DNA of 64,000 bases from Callorhinchus milii (lineage: Eukaryota), in NCBI RefSeq assembly GCF_018977255.1, contig NW_024704743.1, positions 23,190,001-23,254,000 of the forward strand, in the 5' to 3' direction. A program made the translations under genes and the position numbers. This document shows, one piece after another, positions 12,635 to 25,790 of this stretch (position 1 is its first letter; the number at the start of each line of letters is the position of its first letter). The notes beneath the pieces were generated by a model, which saw only the letters and a list, made by a program, of their open reading frames with translations, ran no database searches and was not told the origin of the DNA.

Positions 12635-13990
12635 GATTACTGAGGAATATTGGCTTGGACATCAATACAGATAAATGCAAGGAACTGCACTTAGGAAGTA
12701 AGAATATGAGGCATGTGTACTCCTTGGATAGAACTTTTCAAAGAGAAAGCTGTAAGAGATCTAGGGATGTTGGTTGACTTGTTGCTCTCTGTGTCAAAAC
12801 AATGTGAAGCAGCAATAGACAAGGCAAACAGGATCCTTTCTAAATTGCCAAATCAGCTGACTTCAGTTCCTCAGAAGTCATGTCAGGCCACACATGGGGT
12901 ACAACAACAACAAGATTCTATTTATAGAACACCTTTCACGTCGGGAGGACGTCCCAAGGCGCTGTACATTTGGGTCAGGATCCGAGCAGGGGGGAAATGG
13001 TCAGGGTCAGGGGGGGAAAGGGAGGGAGCGAGGAGGGGGTAGAGAGTCGAGAGGGGAGCTGAAGGCACGGTCAAAGAGAAAGGTCTTGAGACCAGCCTTG
13101 AAGGAGGAAAGGGAGGAGGCGGCGAAGGCACTGGGGGATGGAATTCCAGAGCCTAGGGGCTGAGAGGCTGAAGGCCCGGCCACCGATGGTAGGGCAGTTG
13201 GGGCGGGGGATGTGGAGTAGACCGGAACCAGAGGAGCGGAGGGAACGGGCAGGTAAGTAGGGGAATAGTAGGTCAGAGAGGTAGGAGGGAGCAAGGCCGT
13301 GAATGGCCTTGTAGGTGAGGATGAGGATCTTGAATTCGATCCTCTGGGGGATGGGGAGCCAGTGGAGGCGAGCGAGGGTGGGAGTGATGTGGTCCCGAAG
13401 CCTGGTGCGGGACAGTCACGAGCTGCAGAGTTCTGAATGACCTGCAGCTGTGGAGGGAGGTGCTGGGAAGGCCGGCGAGGAGAGAGTTCCCATAGTCCAG
13501 CCTTGAGGTGATCAAGGCGTGGACCAGAGCTTCAGCAGCGTGAGGGGTGAGGTAGTGCCATAGTCTGGCACTGCATACAGTTCAGGTCACTGCAACATGA
13601 GTGGGCTGCCCAGATCTTTGAGACAATATGGAGGAGAACAATGAGGATGTTAGAGCTACAAGCAAGAATAATACAATCTCGGCTCTTCAGTGTTGAGGGA
13701 GACAACTCAGACCTTTTAAAGAGGACTGTACAAGATTTAAATAGGATTGAGATAGTTAAACCTGAAGACCACGTTTGGATACAGAGACACAGCAGAATAA
13801 GAGAGCACGTTTCGGATAGTAAAGGATGATTTCAAGACAAAATTAGGAGATATTTCTTTACCGAGGTTACATGGAAGGATAGTTGAGGTAGTTGCTAGAC
13901 TCATTTAAGAAACAGCTTGATGTTAGGGTGATTATTCTGGAAAGGTAAGATCAAATGGGTTGAAGGATCTTCCTCATCTGAACCTCTTGT
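12635..13990 (+). mobile_element. Old CR1-clade 3' fragment split by a young L2
   Basis: NTDKCKELHLGSKN, RDLGMLVD and QCEAAIDKANRIL-like motifs before 12895; CR1-like sequence resumes after 13572. Confidence 0.65.
12900..13572 (-). mobile_element. Young 5'-truncated L2 (ORF C-terminus, 3' UTR, (TTG)n tail)
   Basis: [16 protein letters not shown] motif; near-identical to 43603-44215 and 52722-53288. Confidence 0.92.
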
Positions 13991-14612
13991 GACACTGGAA
14001 GAATACTAGGCGAATGGCCTGCCCTTTAATATATGTCTGAACCTTTAGCCAGGAACCCAGTTTTAACATCGCATCTGAAAATTGACACCTCCGACAATGC
14101 AGGGCTCCCCCATTACTGTACTGGAGTGTCAGTCAAGATTACGAGCTCAAATATTGATCTGGGACTAGAAAGCACAACTTTTCTACCCTGAGGTGACTAC
14201 GCTGCCAAGTGAGCTACATTCATTCTGTAACTTTTCATCATTCTGTGATCTTGTCAGCATTGGGGCTATTGTGGTCCACAGTGTATTTGATCATCTGTCT
14301 GCTTTGTGATTGTACTTTTTAACCCTGTTGTTAATCAGGTATTTGGCCATATGTTTTTCTGAAGGAGTACATCTTTGTAGTAAAAATGCAGTTGACTGCT
14401 CTTGCTTTCAAATCTGCCCCATGCAGTATTTCAGCACTGGTTTGGAAAACTTTCAAGTAAACACTAAGAAAGCCTCTAACCCAACAACTGGCTGTCGAAG
14501 GTCATTACCACAGCTGGAATAACCGGGGGAAAGGGAAGGGGGGGGTGGGGTGAGCACCTCTTGTCTACTTGATCAGTAAATATCACACAAACCACAAATT
14601 GTACCCGATACT

Positions 14613-14949
14613 ATTATAATAATAGTAATAATAATAATCCTTGCATTTGATATAGCGCTTTTCACGTCGGGAGGATGTCCCAAAGCGCTTCACAGAACAC
14701 ACTGTAATGTGAATTGACTGTATATTTGTGGGCGAACGCGGCAGCCAATTGCGCACAGCAATGTCCCAAAAACAGTCGTAGATGAAAATGACCAATTTAT
14801 TATTGTTTTTGGTTTTGGAGGGATTATTATTAGGCTCTGTGTGGAGTAAGGAAACTTGCCCAAGGTTTCGCCCTGACCTGCCTGGAATTGAACTCAGGTC
14901 TCTCACTTGCAAAGCGAGTGCTCTAACCACTGAGCTACAGGACTCCACA
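14613..14949 (-). mobile_element. SINE family A (short form), young full-length copy
   Basis: 5' tgtggagtcctgtagctcagtggttagagc; nearly identical to 23515-23848. Confidence 0.92.
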
Positions 14950-16479
14950 ATCCCCAGACAAGTAACACGCACTGCCATCCAGAGTGAAGGTACAGGCGAA
15001 AGGCTCAACCAAATTGCTCCACCCAACTTCAACTCTACATGATATCATATTATTAGATTATCTACACGTGTACATTATTAAAACATTTCATCAGGCAATA
15101 TCTTCCCTGAAAATGTTCACGTTCAGTTCCCTGTTTTAAAAGAGTGCAATTGCTGTAACCCTCTGGGAGGAATGTATTCTCTTTGACTTTAGGTTTCACC
15201 CAATGCTGTTCCCATGCTGCTCAACCTCCTGAAACAGCCCGGAAATGGAATGAAGTGGAACCGATCAAAATGTCTAAACATTAAAAAAAATTCACATCAG
15301 AAAAGCGAAAATGATAAATTCTGTGAACAAAACAGAACAATTTCTTGTGAAACAGAGCCCTACAAATCCTAGTGGATATCTCAGGAACATTAATAAATGA
15401 GTACATTCTTTATTCCCAGGGAGAATTTTGTTCTTCGTCAGGCTGCAGATGTTGAACGCTGTCTTCCTAAACACTGTTAGCCAGCAGGAATGCTGTAACT
15501 GCAATACACACACTGTGCCGTGAGGAGAAATTAAAAATCTTAATGTCTAGTGACAGCTACACACAGCTAGATAGTTTTGCTCCTTCTGTTGTTTTCATAA
15601 ATACTAAGAGTGCTCATTTTAAAAAGGAAATTTCAAACCCTGTAACTGTTTATATATAGAATACCTTACAGCAATTTACCAGCAGATTAGTCAGAAACTG
15701 CAATTCGGCATTTTTCCGTAATTAGTAGAATAAATTATGCCTTATATTTCAGAGCTGGTGCAATACTATCTGCAAAACAAAGATATGATCGTCAGTGGGG
15801 GAAGACATAATGTATGGCTCCCATGACACCAACTTTGAAAGTAGCTGATACATCTATATTGTATTTGCTCTACCTTTTGTCTTCTATTTCAAGAGGGCTC
15901 CCGTGTGTTTGTCTTCACCAGATAGCATGAGTGATAGGATGAAAAGGATCTTGCTTACTGCCACAAGTGCTTGCTCATTAATATTAAACACAGGCACACC
16001 AGAGGCTACCATTACAGCTGTAGGGTTTCACTATGTATATATATCAGCTTGGAAAAAGGGCAGTGGCTGTCAAACATCTTATTGGTTTTTACTCTTGAGT
16101 GGAGGATTATTTTGAAGAGCTGATACTGTATTTATTTTTGAAGAACGGGTAGCATTTGAGAACTCTACAGTATTTGTCACTCAAAAGCTTGAAACAATTT
16201 TTGAGCTTAAAGTTCACACAAGATGGTGAAGTTTGGGTGAGTTACTATAGCCCAGTGCAGCTTTAGATTTTAAAACTTATACACATGCAAGCAGAGCGAT
16301 ATCTCCCACTGGGCGTATACACAATGTGTTATTTCATGGCCATCCATTGTGAAGCACACAAGCAAGAGAGCAATTTTTTTTACTATGTAGAGTACTTAAT
16401 TTTCTGTTGCTATGGTAATTCACAGTTCAGTCTGCGGTTTGAGCTATGGCAATAAAGGCAGGCATTCTTTACCTTACTT

Positions 16480-16885
16480 AATAATAATCCTTGCAAAGCG
16501 CTTTATGAAATGCACTGTAAAGTGATGTGACTATGTATATTTTGTAGGTGAACACAGCAGCCAATTTACATGCAGCAATGTTCCACAAACAGCCTTGGAG
16601 TGAGTGACCAAATTTATATGGGGAATTGTTGGCCAGAATACCGGGAGACACTCCCTTCGCGTTTCAAATAATGCCATGGGATTTTTGAGCGTCACCTGAA
16701 CAGGCAGATGGGACCTCGGTTTAACGTCTCTTCTGAAAAACTATTATCACCATCAACGCAGCACATCCCCAGCACTATACTGGAGCATTAGCATAGACAA
16801 TATAGGTTGCAAGTCTCGGGATGGGGCTTGAACCCACAATCTTCCAACTCAGAGGCAAGAGTGCTATCAACTGAGCCAGGTTGAC
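16480..16885 (-). mobile_element. DeuSINE family B (SacSINE1-like), full length
   Basis: Head tggctcagttgatagcactcttgcctctgagttggaagattgtgggttcaagcccc, Deu body and tail. Confidence 0.8.
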
Positions 16886-17569
16886 ACACAACTTGGTGAT
16901 CACAAAGGGCTTGGTGATACCTGGCATTTGAAATTTCAACATGGCTTGTTGAAAAACATGCAAAAAATGGAGCATTTGGTTAATTTCTTCCACGTCTTTC
17001 AACCAGCCATGTACAATTTGCAAATGCAGTGAACTTTACTCTAGTAACTGTATGTTTATGGTTTGCAACGATAACCTCAAAAAAATGATCAGGCTGACAA
17101 ATGGCAAATGAATTTAGATGTGGTTGGATGTGATGGATTGTGACAGCTGGGCAAATCCTAGCTACAAGTGCCCTCCACTAGAGGACAAACACCACTCATC
17201 TTTGACTCTGCAAGGGGTTAGTGACCAGTGGTCTTCAGCTGCTATGCCTCGAATCTTTGGAACTCCCTGCCTGAAGCCCTTTACCTCACCCCTTCAAAAT
17301 CTTTCTTTAAATCCCACTGTAAGACCTACCTCTTCGGCCGGGCTTATGGCCATCTCCCTCTTCTACCTTGCTCAGTGTCCAACCCTGTCACTGTGAGGGC
17401 TCTGAGATGCTATCTTGCATAAATGCAAGTTGTTGTCGTGGTCTGTCCTAACTGAGATGCAAACTGAAAAACACCTCTAACTCTAATTTGATCAAGTGAA
17501 GCCCAAGCCAATACCACAGGTTCTCTGTTTGAACCCAGTAACCACAAAAATAACAAGGTTGTGTCCTGA

Positions 17570-17730
17570 CACAACCATCCTTCCTGGCAACCTGTTCCAG
17601 TCATTAACTCCCTTCTGGGTAAAGAAAAAAATCCTGGTGTCTGTCCTGTAATTGCAATTTACATCTCTGAACATATGTCCTCTTGGTCTACTGCTTTGGA
17701 GCATCCTGAAATACTGTTCTGGGTTTACGT
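17570..17730 (-). mobile_element. CR1 3' ORF2 fragment
   Basis: RPRGHMF...RIFFFTQKGVNDWNRLP motif. Confidence 0.7.
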
Positions 17731-18467
17731 GATGTGTCTAGAAAGATAAATCTGAATGACATTTCTTCTTCAGTCTCTAAGGTCATTTAATGAAATTCCA
17801 AGATATCAATTTGAAGTTGTATTACCATCTAAATGTTCAGCCCTGAGAAAGTGCTTCCCAAGGTATCATTTTCATAGTTCCAGCAGCACCTAAAACATTT
17901 GGTTCCAGAAATAATCAACCATTGTCAGTCTATTCTTAGCCTTGTGATCTTAAATGCTGTTTTTTTAAGCAGATAATTATCCAGCTCTTTTTAAGGAGGA
18001 GAATTCTTTGCTGCACCGATCCGCAACTCAGTGGAAGAATATTATTCTTACCGCCCATTCATTTTGTACTCATGATTTACAGCTCTGCAATCCCAGTTTA
18101 ATTAAATGTGCCTATATCTGGATTAGCCTTACAATTTAGCAATTTAAGTGTCTGTGTCATGATTGCATTCAGTAACAATGACTGTAAGAAGATTGAATCA
18201 TTGTACCAAAGTTAGGGGTCGGGCGTATTACTTTTATAGCCAGTGAAGACTGGCACATACTGAAAGCCAGTTATTATTTGGAAATGAAAACAGCCCACAT
18301 GAAAAACAAGCTGGGATTGAACATGAGTTAATACACATCAGTTTAGAGGTTCAGTGGTGATAGCCTCACTGCTATCAAGTATGGAGCTGAACCATATATA
18401 CCAAGGAATCAGTTTCTCTTGGTGCTGAGTGAACTGATCTCATCCAAGTTTGCAGTTAAAGGAGCTA

Positions 18468-20125
18468 CAAAACAACAACAACAAAATTACATTTATAGAG
18501 CGCATTTCACGTCGCGAGGATGTCCCAAAGCCCTCAACAGTCAGGTGTCGGGGCCCGAGCATGGGGGATGGGTGGTGTAGGGGTGAGGGAAGGCAGAGAG
18601 GTGGGAGGGTGACCAAAGGCACGATCGAAAAGAAGGGTCTTGAGACCGACCTTGAAGGATGCAAGGGAGGAAGCAAGCCGAAGGAACCATGGAATGGAGC
18701 TCCAGAGTGTGGGGTTAGAGAGGCTGAAAGCCCGGCCACCAATGGTAGGGCGGGTCGGGCAGGAGACATGGAGCGGAATGGAGTCCGCCGAATGGAGGGA
18801 GCGGGCAGGTTGGTAGGGAGTCAGCAGGTCAGAGAGGTAGGAGGGGGCAAGGCCATGGATGGCCTTGAAAGTGAGGACGAAGATCTTGAACTCGATCCTC
18901 TGGGGATGGGAAGCCAGTGGAGTCGGGCGAGGTTGGAGGTGATGGGGTCACGGAGCCTGGTGCGCGAGAGTACAGGAGCTGCAGAGTTTTGGATGATCTG
19001 CAGTTTGAGAAGGGAAGAGTTGGGAAGGCCGATGAGGAGGGAGTTTCCATAATCAAGTCTTGATGTGATGAATGTGTGGGTGAGGGTTTCGGCAGCCTGA
19101 GGGGTGAGGCAGTGGTGGAGTCTGGCAATGTTGCGGAGGTGGTGGTAGGCAGTGTGGTCATGGTGCGGATGTGGGGGAGAAAGGACAGTTCAGGGTCAAA
19201 CAAGACACCCAGGTTCCTGACTGGCTTAGTGAGGTTGAGTGTGCAGCTGTGGAGGCTGATGCTGCCGGCGCCCGAGGTGCACAGGCGCTGGGGTGAGCCA
19301 ATCAGGAGAGCCTTGGTCTTGCTGACATTGAGTTGGATAAAGTTGTCCCTCGTCCAGGACTTGATGTCGGACAGGCAGTCGGTCAGGACGCCAGTAGTCC
19401 TGGAGTTGAGGGTGGAAGCAGAGAGATAGAGTTGGATGTCATTTGCATACATGTGGAAATTTACCCCATGTCTGCGGATGATGTCACTAAGGAGGAGCAT
19501 GTAGAGGGTGAAGAGGAGGGGACCCTGAGGAACACCGCACAAGGCAGTGTGGGGGCTGGGGGAGAAGCCATTTGCTGAGACGAAGTGGAGGTGGTGTGAA
19601 AGGTAGGACCTGAACCAGTCAAGGACAGAACCTTGAAGGTTGAGGTGGGAGGAGAGGCTGTGGAGGAGGATTGAGTGGTCCACATTGTCAAGCGGCAGAG
19701 AGGTCAAGGAGAGTGAGGAGACAGAGGGAGCCCTGGTCACATATGGTCAGGATGTCATTTGTGACCTTGACCAGAGCAGTTTCCGTCCTGTGGGCAGCAT
19801 GGAAACCCGATTGGAGGGGTTCATGGATGAAGTGAGAGGAGAGGAAAGAGCGAAGCTGGAAGGCAATGGCTCTCTCAAGGACCTTGGATAGGAAAGGGAG
19901 ATTTGAGATTGGCCGGTAGCTAGATAGCTGTGATGGGTCGAGGGAAGGTTTCTTCAAGGTGGTGGTGATAGTGGCTGTTTTGAGGGGAGGTAGGAACAGT
20001 GCCAAATGACAGGGAGAGGTTGATGATGCCGCCGAGTAGTGGGGCAAGGAGGTGGAGCTGGGATTTAAAGAGAGGGGTGGGGATGGGGTCCAGGGAACAG
20101 GTGGTGCACTTCATGGATGATGTGA
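18468..20125 (-). mobile_element. 5'-truncated L2 LINE (RT to 3' tail)
   Basis: SYRPISNLPFLSKVLE, QSGFHAAHRTETALVKVTNDIL, LLDLSAA, GVPQG and [12 protein letters not shown] motifs; (TTG)n tail. Confidence 0.93.
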
Positions 20126-20204
20126 CAATAATCTGTAGTTTGCAGTTGAGGAAGCAATAGTTGTGTTGCTGATGCTTCAATGTCGTACTGGGGTTGCCAG
20201 TAGT

Positions 20205-20500
20205 GCTATCCTTCGGATGAAATGTTAAACCAAGGTCCCGTCGGCCTGTCCAGGTGGACATTAAAGATCCCATGGCACTATTCAAAAAGAGAAAGGAGTT
20301 TCTTAATGTCCTGGTCAACAATCCCAAATAAACTTGACCATTCATTTCATGTCTGCTTGTGGGACAATGCTGTGTGTAATTTCATTGCTGCATTAGCCTT
20401 CAAATAGACAGTCACTCCAACTCACAGTAAATCCTGTACAGAGCTTTGGGACATCCTCCCGATGTGAAAAGTGCTATACCAAATGCAAGGATTATTATTA
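20205..20500 (+). mobile_element. DeuSINE family B, 5'-truncated
   Basis: cttcggatgaaatgttaaaccaaggtcccgtc...ggtggacattaaagatcccatggcactattc, then L2-like tail. Confidence 0.8.
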
Positions 20501-21980
20501 ATATTAATAATTTGTCTTTAACATAAATTAATATCTTGCCATTGAGGAAAAGCAAAAGATTAAAATATAGGAATAAAGGAAAGAGCACTTGGTTCAGTAC
20601 ACTGATGAATGGTCTGGCAGCCAGTAACACAGCCAGACTGATAGAGGTCTATGAGCAGGTTGCTCCCTGCCCTTTCTGTCTGTATGTGTTAGGAGATATG
20701 TCCTCTTGACAAGACCTGGAATTATTCAAGCATTTCGTAGTCTTTGAGGTGATGACAGATATACACAATGTAACTGCAAAGAGGGCATTTGATTTCAATG
20801 ACAGGAGCATGACCAGGATTAAAATGAACAAATGCAGTTGATGTTGAGTCAATTGACTTTTTCAAAAAGAAATTGGTATGTATTCAGTTGGAGAAAGTAT
20901 TGGAGAAAAAGGCATAGGTGAAGACTGAGCTAAACAAAGGAGCATCAGGTGATGTCAGTCCCATGTTTCACCCCAGAGTTCACTGACATCTGCATTCACC
21001 CTGGATTTCTGAACCAAAATCTTTATTTCTATCATCTATAATTTCTATTTTTCCTGTGTAAAGACTGACGTGAAGAATTTGCATAATGCTTTTGCCACTT
21101 TATGAACTTCCACAATATTTCCAGCTACTTATTCCTTAAAGAACATGGATGTGTTCTCAGCAGCATTGGAACATTACCCATGTGCAGGACTGGAAAACAC
21201 TATGTGGTTCTGTTGGCCAATTCCAAAGTAAAAGCAAAATGGGATAAAATGTTGTATGGGTGAAGTGATAATTATCATTGGTGATAATTTTTGCTAGGAC
21301 AGAAAATGTGGTTAAAAACTATCCTTAAAATCTGTCATTAACGACAAACTGGAGACTGATAAGTTCTCAACATCTGAAGAAGTCCTGTTCATTCAAAATC
21401 ACTATCATGTTTTTATTTTCAGTAAATTGAGGATCAGGGAACAAAATTATTCCCCAACGTGGGAGCAGCATTTCAACCCTGCTTCACATACCGGCCTAAA
21501 TAATTAATAAGAACGTCAAAGAAGAGTTTTGTTTTTTGTCTTTGGTACCTGCAATGTTTTGTAATATGTTGTTTTTAGTGCTAATCTCCCGGTGGCTTCA
21601 GCAAAGGAGCAAAAATACACCAATAAATTGTTTAATCACCACAAAAAATACATAAATGTAAGAATGGCTCACTGCCATCACACAATGGCATTATTTTTAT
21701 AGTTCTCTGTCTATTCCATGTCACCTTTCTAACCTAAAAGTAATACAATGCGTATTTACTGTTTCGCTGTATAGTTCACATTTTCCAGTTACAGATGGAA
21801 AATTGTCCTCATTCCAATGTAACATTTATTCCTTCATATCTTCACTAATTGTTATTGCATCTGTGAATACACAAACTTAGAATTCATCCTGTGGTATTCT
21901 TTTCAATTCACTTTAATCAGCACATGTAAAATGAATAAAAATAAATAATTAAACCTTTATTTTTAAAATTCTTGTAGTGT

Positions 21981-22357
21981 ATAATAATAATCCTTGGATT
22001 TGATATAGATATGCCTTATCATGTCTTCAAGATATCTCAAAGTACATCACAGAATATACTGTAAAGTGAATTGACTGTATATTTTGTGAGCGAAACGTGG
22101 CAGTCAATTGCGCAACGTCCCACAAACAGTTGTGGATTGAGTGACGTCAAATATTATATATATTCACTTATTTATTGTTTTTTTGAAGGGATTATTGCCC
22201 CTGGAAAAGCGATCCGCCAATCGACTAATCACCGGGTTCCTACATACTGCTAGGTAAACAGAGGCGTGTGGATTAAGAAAACGTGTCCAACGTTTCGCCC
22301 TGCCCAGAAATCGAACCCAGGTCTTCTCGCTTGCGAATGCTCTAACTGCTGAGCTCC
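21981..22357 (-). mobile_element. SINE family A (long form); a sense-strand 3' half follows at 22525-22703
   Basis: Same head, core and tail motifs as other family A copies. Confidence 0.85.
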
Positions 22358-23244
22358 ATGAATGGTGAATGAATAAGCGCTCTGAGACGCCGTCCGGCAT
22401 GGAGGGCGCAATATAAATCCAAGTTGTTGTTATTGAATAAAGCTGCAGCAGGAAAACTTCCATTTCCCAAATCATTCACGTCCTCTCAATATGAAAGCTT
22501 TGTATGCTTTCATGGCTTCAAAAAAAACAATAATAATTTGGTCACTCAGTCCACGACTGTTTTGGGGACACTGCTGTGTGCAAGTAGCTGCCGCGTTTTG
22601 CCCACAATTATACAATCAATTTACTTTACAGTATATTCTGTGAAACGCTTTGAGAAGTCTAGAAGACGTGAAAAGTGCTATATCAAATGCAAGGATTATT
22701 ATTGGTGTCTACTCTTAATGTATACCTCACAATCCTGTGAAATGCAACTTTCCCCAGTGACTGGTCTGCCCCGCAAGCTAAGATGGCTGGTCTGTCAACA
22801 GCAGTGCCTTGGAGTACTGTGGGCCAACTTGGCACAGACTTGGAAAGGCAGAGTTAAAAACCTGTGACTGTTAGAAATCTGAAATGTATGAAAGAGAAAA
22901 GTACAAAATGTTGCAGAGGGGCACTTTAGCAGAACATCTGCAGAAATAGATGCAAATTTATTCTTTACAACAGCAGACATGATTATGCTGGAAATCTTTT
23001 AAGATTATTCCCTAGATTCCTCTAGCTACCTAGGATCATTATAATAAATAATAAATAATAATCATTTCACATCATGAGGACATCTCAAAGCACTTCACAG
23101 TCTATACCGTAAAGTATTTTTTAAGCAAACGTGGTAGCGAATTTGCGCATAAGAAACAGCTATGAATGAACAATTTTATCTGGAGCATCAGAAGAAACTC
23201 CCTTCTCTTTTCAAATCGTGACATGTGATCTTTCAGGTCAGCTA

Positions 23245-23940
23245 AGTGTTTGACACATATGCAAATCCATCACATGCTTAAGAGTATTCAAACAGATAAA
23301 GAGATCTACATGCCACCTACGCAGGGAAATTTCCCTATGTTTGGAATGGAATGCGCACTAACTTAATATCTAGTTCAGGAAAGTATGAGTGGCAGGTTGG
23401 CAAAAGTACAGGGTTGTAAACCCAGAGCATGAGCTGCCATTCAAACAGCTAAAACCGCACGGCTTCATTTGTGGAAACTGTCTGGCAAGCTCAGAAGCTG
23501 GACGACTGAGACTATAATAATAATAATAATAATAATAATCCTTGCATTTGATATAGCGCTTTTCACGTCAGGAGGACGTCCCAAAGCGCTTCACAGAACA
23601 CACTGTAAAGTGAATTGACTGTATATTTGTGGGCGAACGCGGCAGCCAATTGCGCACAGCAATGTCCACAAACAGTCGTAGATTGAAAATGACCAATTTA
23701 ATTATTGTTTTTGGGTTTTTTTTGGAGGGATTATTATTAGGCGTGTGGAGTAAGGAAACTTGCCCAAGGTTTCGCCCTGCCTGGAATTGAACTCAGGTCT
23801 CTCACTTGCAAAGTGAGTGCTCTAACCACTGAGCTACAGGACTCCACAGAGACTACCACAGAAGGTTGACACAATTCCAATATTCAATTGCCAAACACAG
23901 CACCTTGGAGCCAACTCAGCCCCAAGGAGACCCAGTTTTC
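23245..23940 (-). repeat. Family X copy (deleted), interrupted by a SINE
   Basis: Reverse complement contains gggtctccttgggctgagttggctccaagg...gtcaaccttctgtggtagtctc and the 3' actcttaagcat...gtgtcaaacac motifs. Confidence 0.75.
23515..23848 (-). mobile_element. SINE family A (short form), young, with 7-bp TSD
   Basis: Full length; flanked by gagacta at 23508-23514 and 23849-23855. Confidence 0.93.
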
Positions 23941-24624
23941 CTCTTGCCCCTGCCCCTCCTGCACTCAGCTATTAAGATGAAGTCATCTTACTTTCATCTT
24001 TGAAGTCATCGGACAAAAGATCGGATTGGAATTGCACAGTTAGGCTGGCATATAACATAAAAGCTGATTCCCAGGCTGCTACTGATCTACCATCATCATT
24101 GCTGTCATACTGGGAATGGTTCCAAGTTTAGCATTATCCATTTCACTTCTCCCTTTAATGTATTCAACATTTTTGACAAGCAGAGTGATTTGGGTCATTA
24201 AGGCAATAAAAAACATTAATCAATACTAAGTCTGCAAGGTATCACCATGTACTGCATATACCCACAACTTTTTCCCCACAATGACTGACGACTCTGGTCT
24301 TGAATAGCATTGCATACGTTATTGTCCATGGCTTAAGATTGCCATTAATTGTGTGATTGATGTTTCAGGTTAGTTCATTCCCCAAATAAATGTGATGCTA
24401 TCTGAAAGATAAATCTAATACATCTGAGGGAAAATACGGTTTCAATAACTGAAGAGCTTCAGTACATAAGTCAATTTATTTTATAGAACACAATTATGCC
24501 ATAGATATCCATTATCTGTGGCGTATCTTGCAATGGATGGGAATATCAGACAGTGCTATCAATGAAATGTTTTCTCCCTGGAGCAATGCATCCTGTTTAC
24601 CTAATTCCTAAAAATCCATTCTGG

Positions 24625-24806
24625 TTTTAGGAATTAGGTAAGCGGGATGTGTCCTTCCAGGGAGAGAGTGCACATTCCATTCCTACAATTTATTTCTGGA
24701 ATCTCCATGTGTAGGTGGGATGCATGGAATTCTCAGTTGGTCTGAATACTCTTAAGCACAGTGATTCTGAATATGTTAGACACCTGACCGACCAAATAAA
24801 AAAAAC
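24625..24806 (+). repeat. Family X 3' fragment with an inverted duplicate on its 5' side
   Basis: ggaattaggtaagcgggatg...tactcttaagcac...agacacctgaccgaccaaataaaaaaa. Confidence 0.8.
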
Positions 24807-25790
24807 ACTCGGGAGATGATTGTATTTGACCTCTCTCTGTGGGCAAATAATGAATCTTTCTCAGAATCAGCAATTTCCTGCAGATTTTCTTGTGAGAGGC
24901 ATGTGATACAATGTGTGTCCGTCATATACATCTACTGATTCATGTAATAAAATGTGAGTGTTGGCAGGAATTTTATTATTATTCATAAATTCCTTTCAAA
25001 AAGAGGAGGATTTATCATCTTGATTCAGTGCGGTGTTAAAAAAAAGCATTGCTGATAAATCTTATCATCAGAAAGGGCTGCCACAGAATTGACCATTGGT
25101 GCATGATCCAAAGTTCCTATCTGACCAATCCATTTGGACACCCATTCTATGTGTTTTAGAGATTAAAAGGCACGGGTGTTTGTATCATATCATTGAATCA
25201 GAGGAGTTTTCTCTCTTCACAGTATTTCAGTCCCTGTATAATTATAGGACCCATCTGTCTGATAAATCTACACAGCAGTTCAAATGTTTTAGTAATTTAA
25301 AATGTGTAATTATAGCATACACTGTACGTAGGAATGGAAATTAAAAATATATTAAAATCTCCACAAGATATTGTGGGATCATCTGGGAAGTGGGGTAATA
25401 AAACTGAGGTGAATGCCTATAAAAAGCAGAATTTGGAATTAAGGCATTGATATGTGCTCTGAGACCCTACCCTGCATGGAGGGTACTATATAAGTGCAAG
25501 TTGCTGTTGTTGATATTCATTAATTTATTCATACCAAGTCCAGTAGTGGCATCTGCAGAAGCTCGGCAACAAGTTGTCTTCCAACTCTCTGGGGAAAACG
25601 ATCAGTGCACTGTGTGATGCATAAGAAGAGAGGGATATATTGAAAAAAATCACAATTTTGGAATAATGAAGCAGACAGGTACCTACACGTTCAAGCCAGT
25701 TTACTTTCATATTTAATAAAAAAAACACTCGCTTGCAAAATTCTGTATTGACTTTGTTTTTTTACTATCTGTGCGCCTTAAACATAAAGC

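Noticed and set aside
18450..19052. Gly/Arg/Glu-rich plus-strand ORFs
   Set aside because: These are antisense shadows of C/T-rich L2 sequence; the same applies to similar ORFs opposite other L2s.
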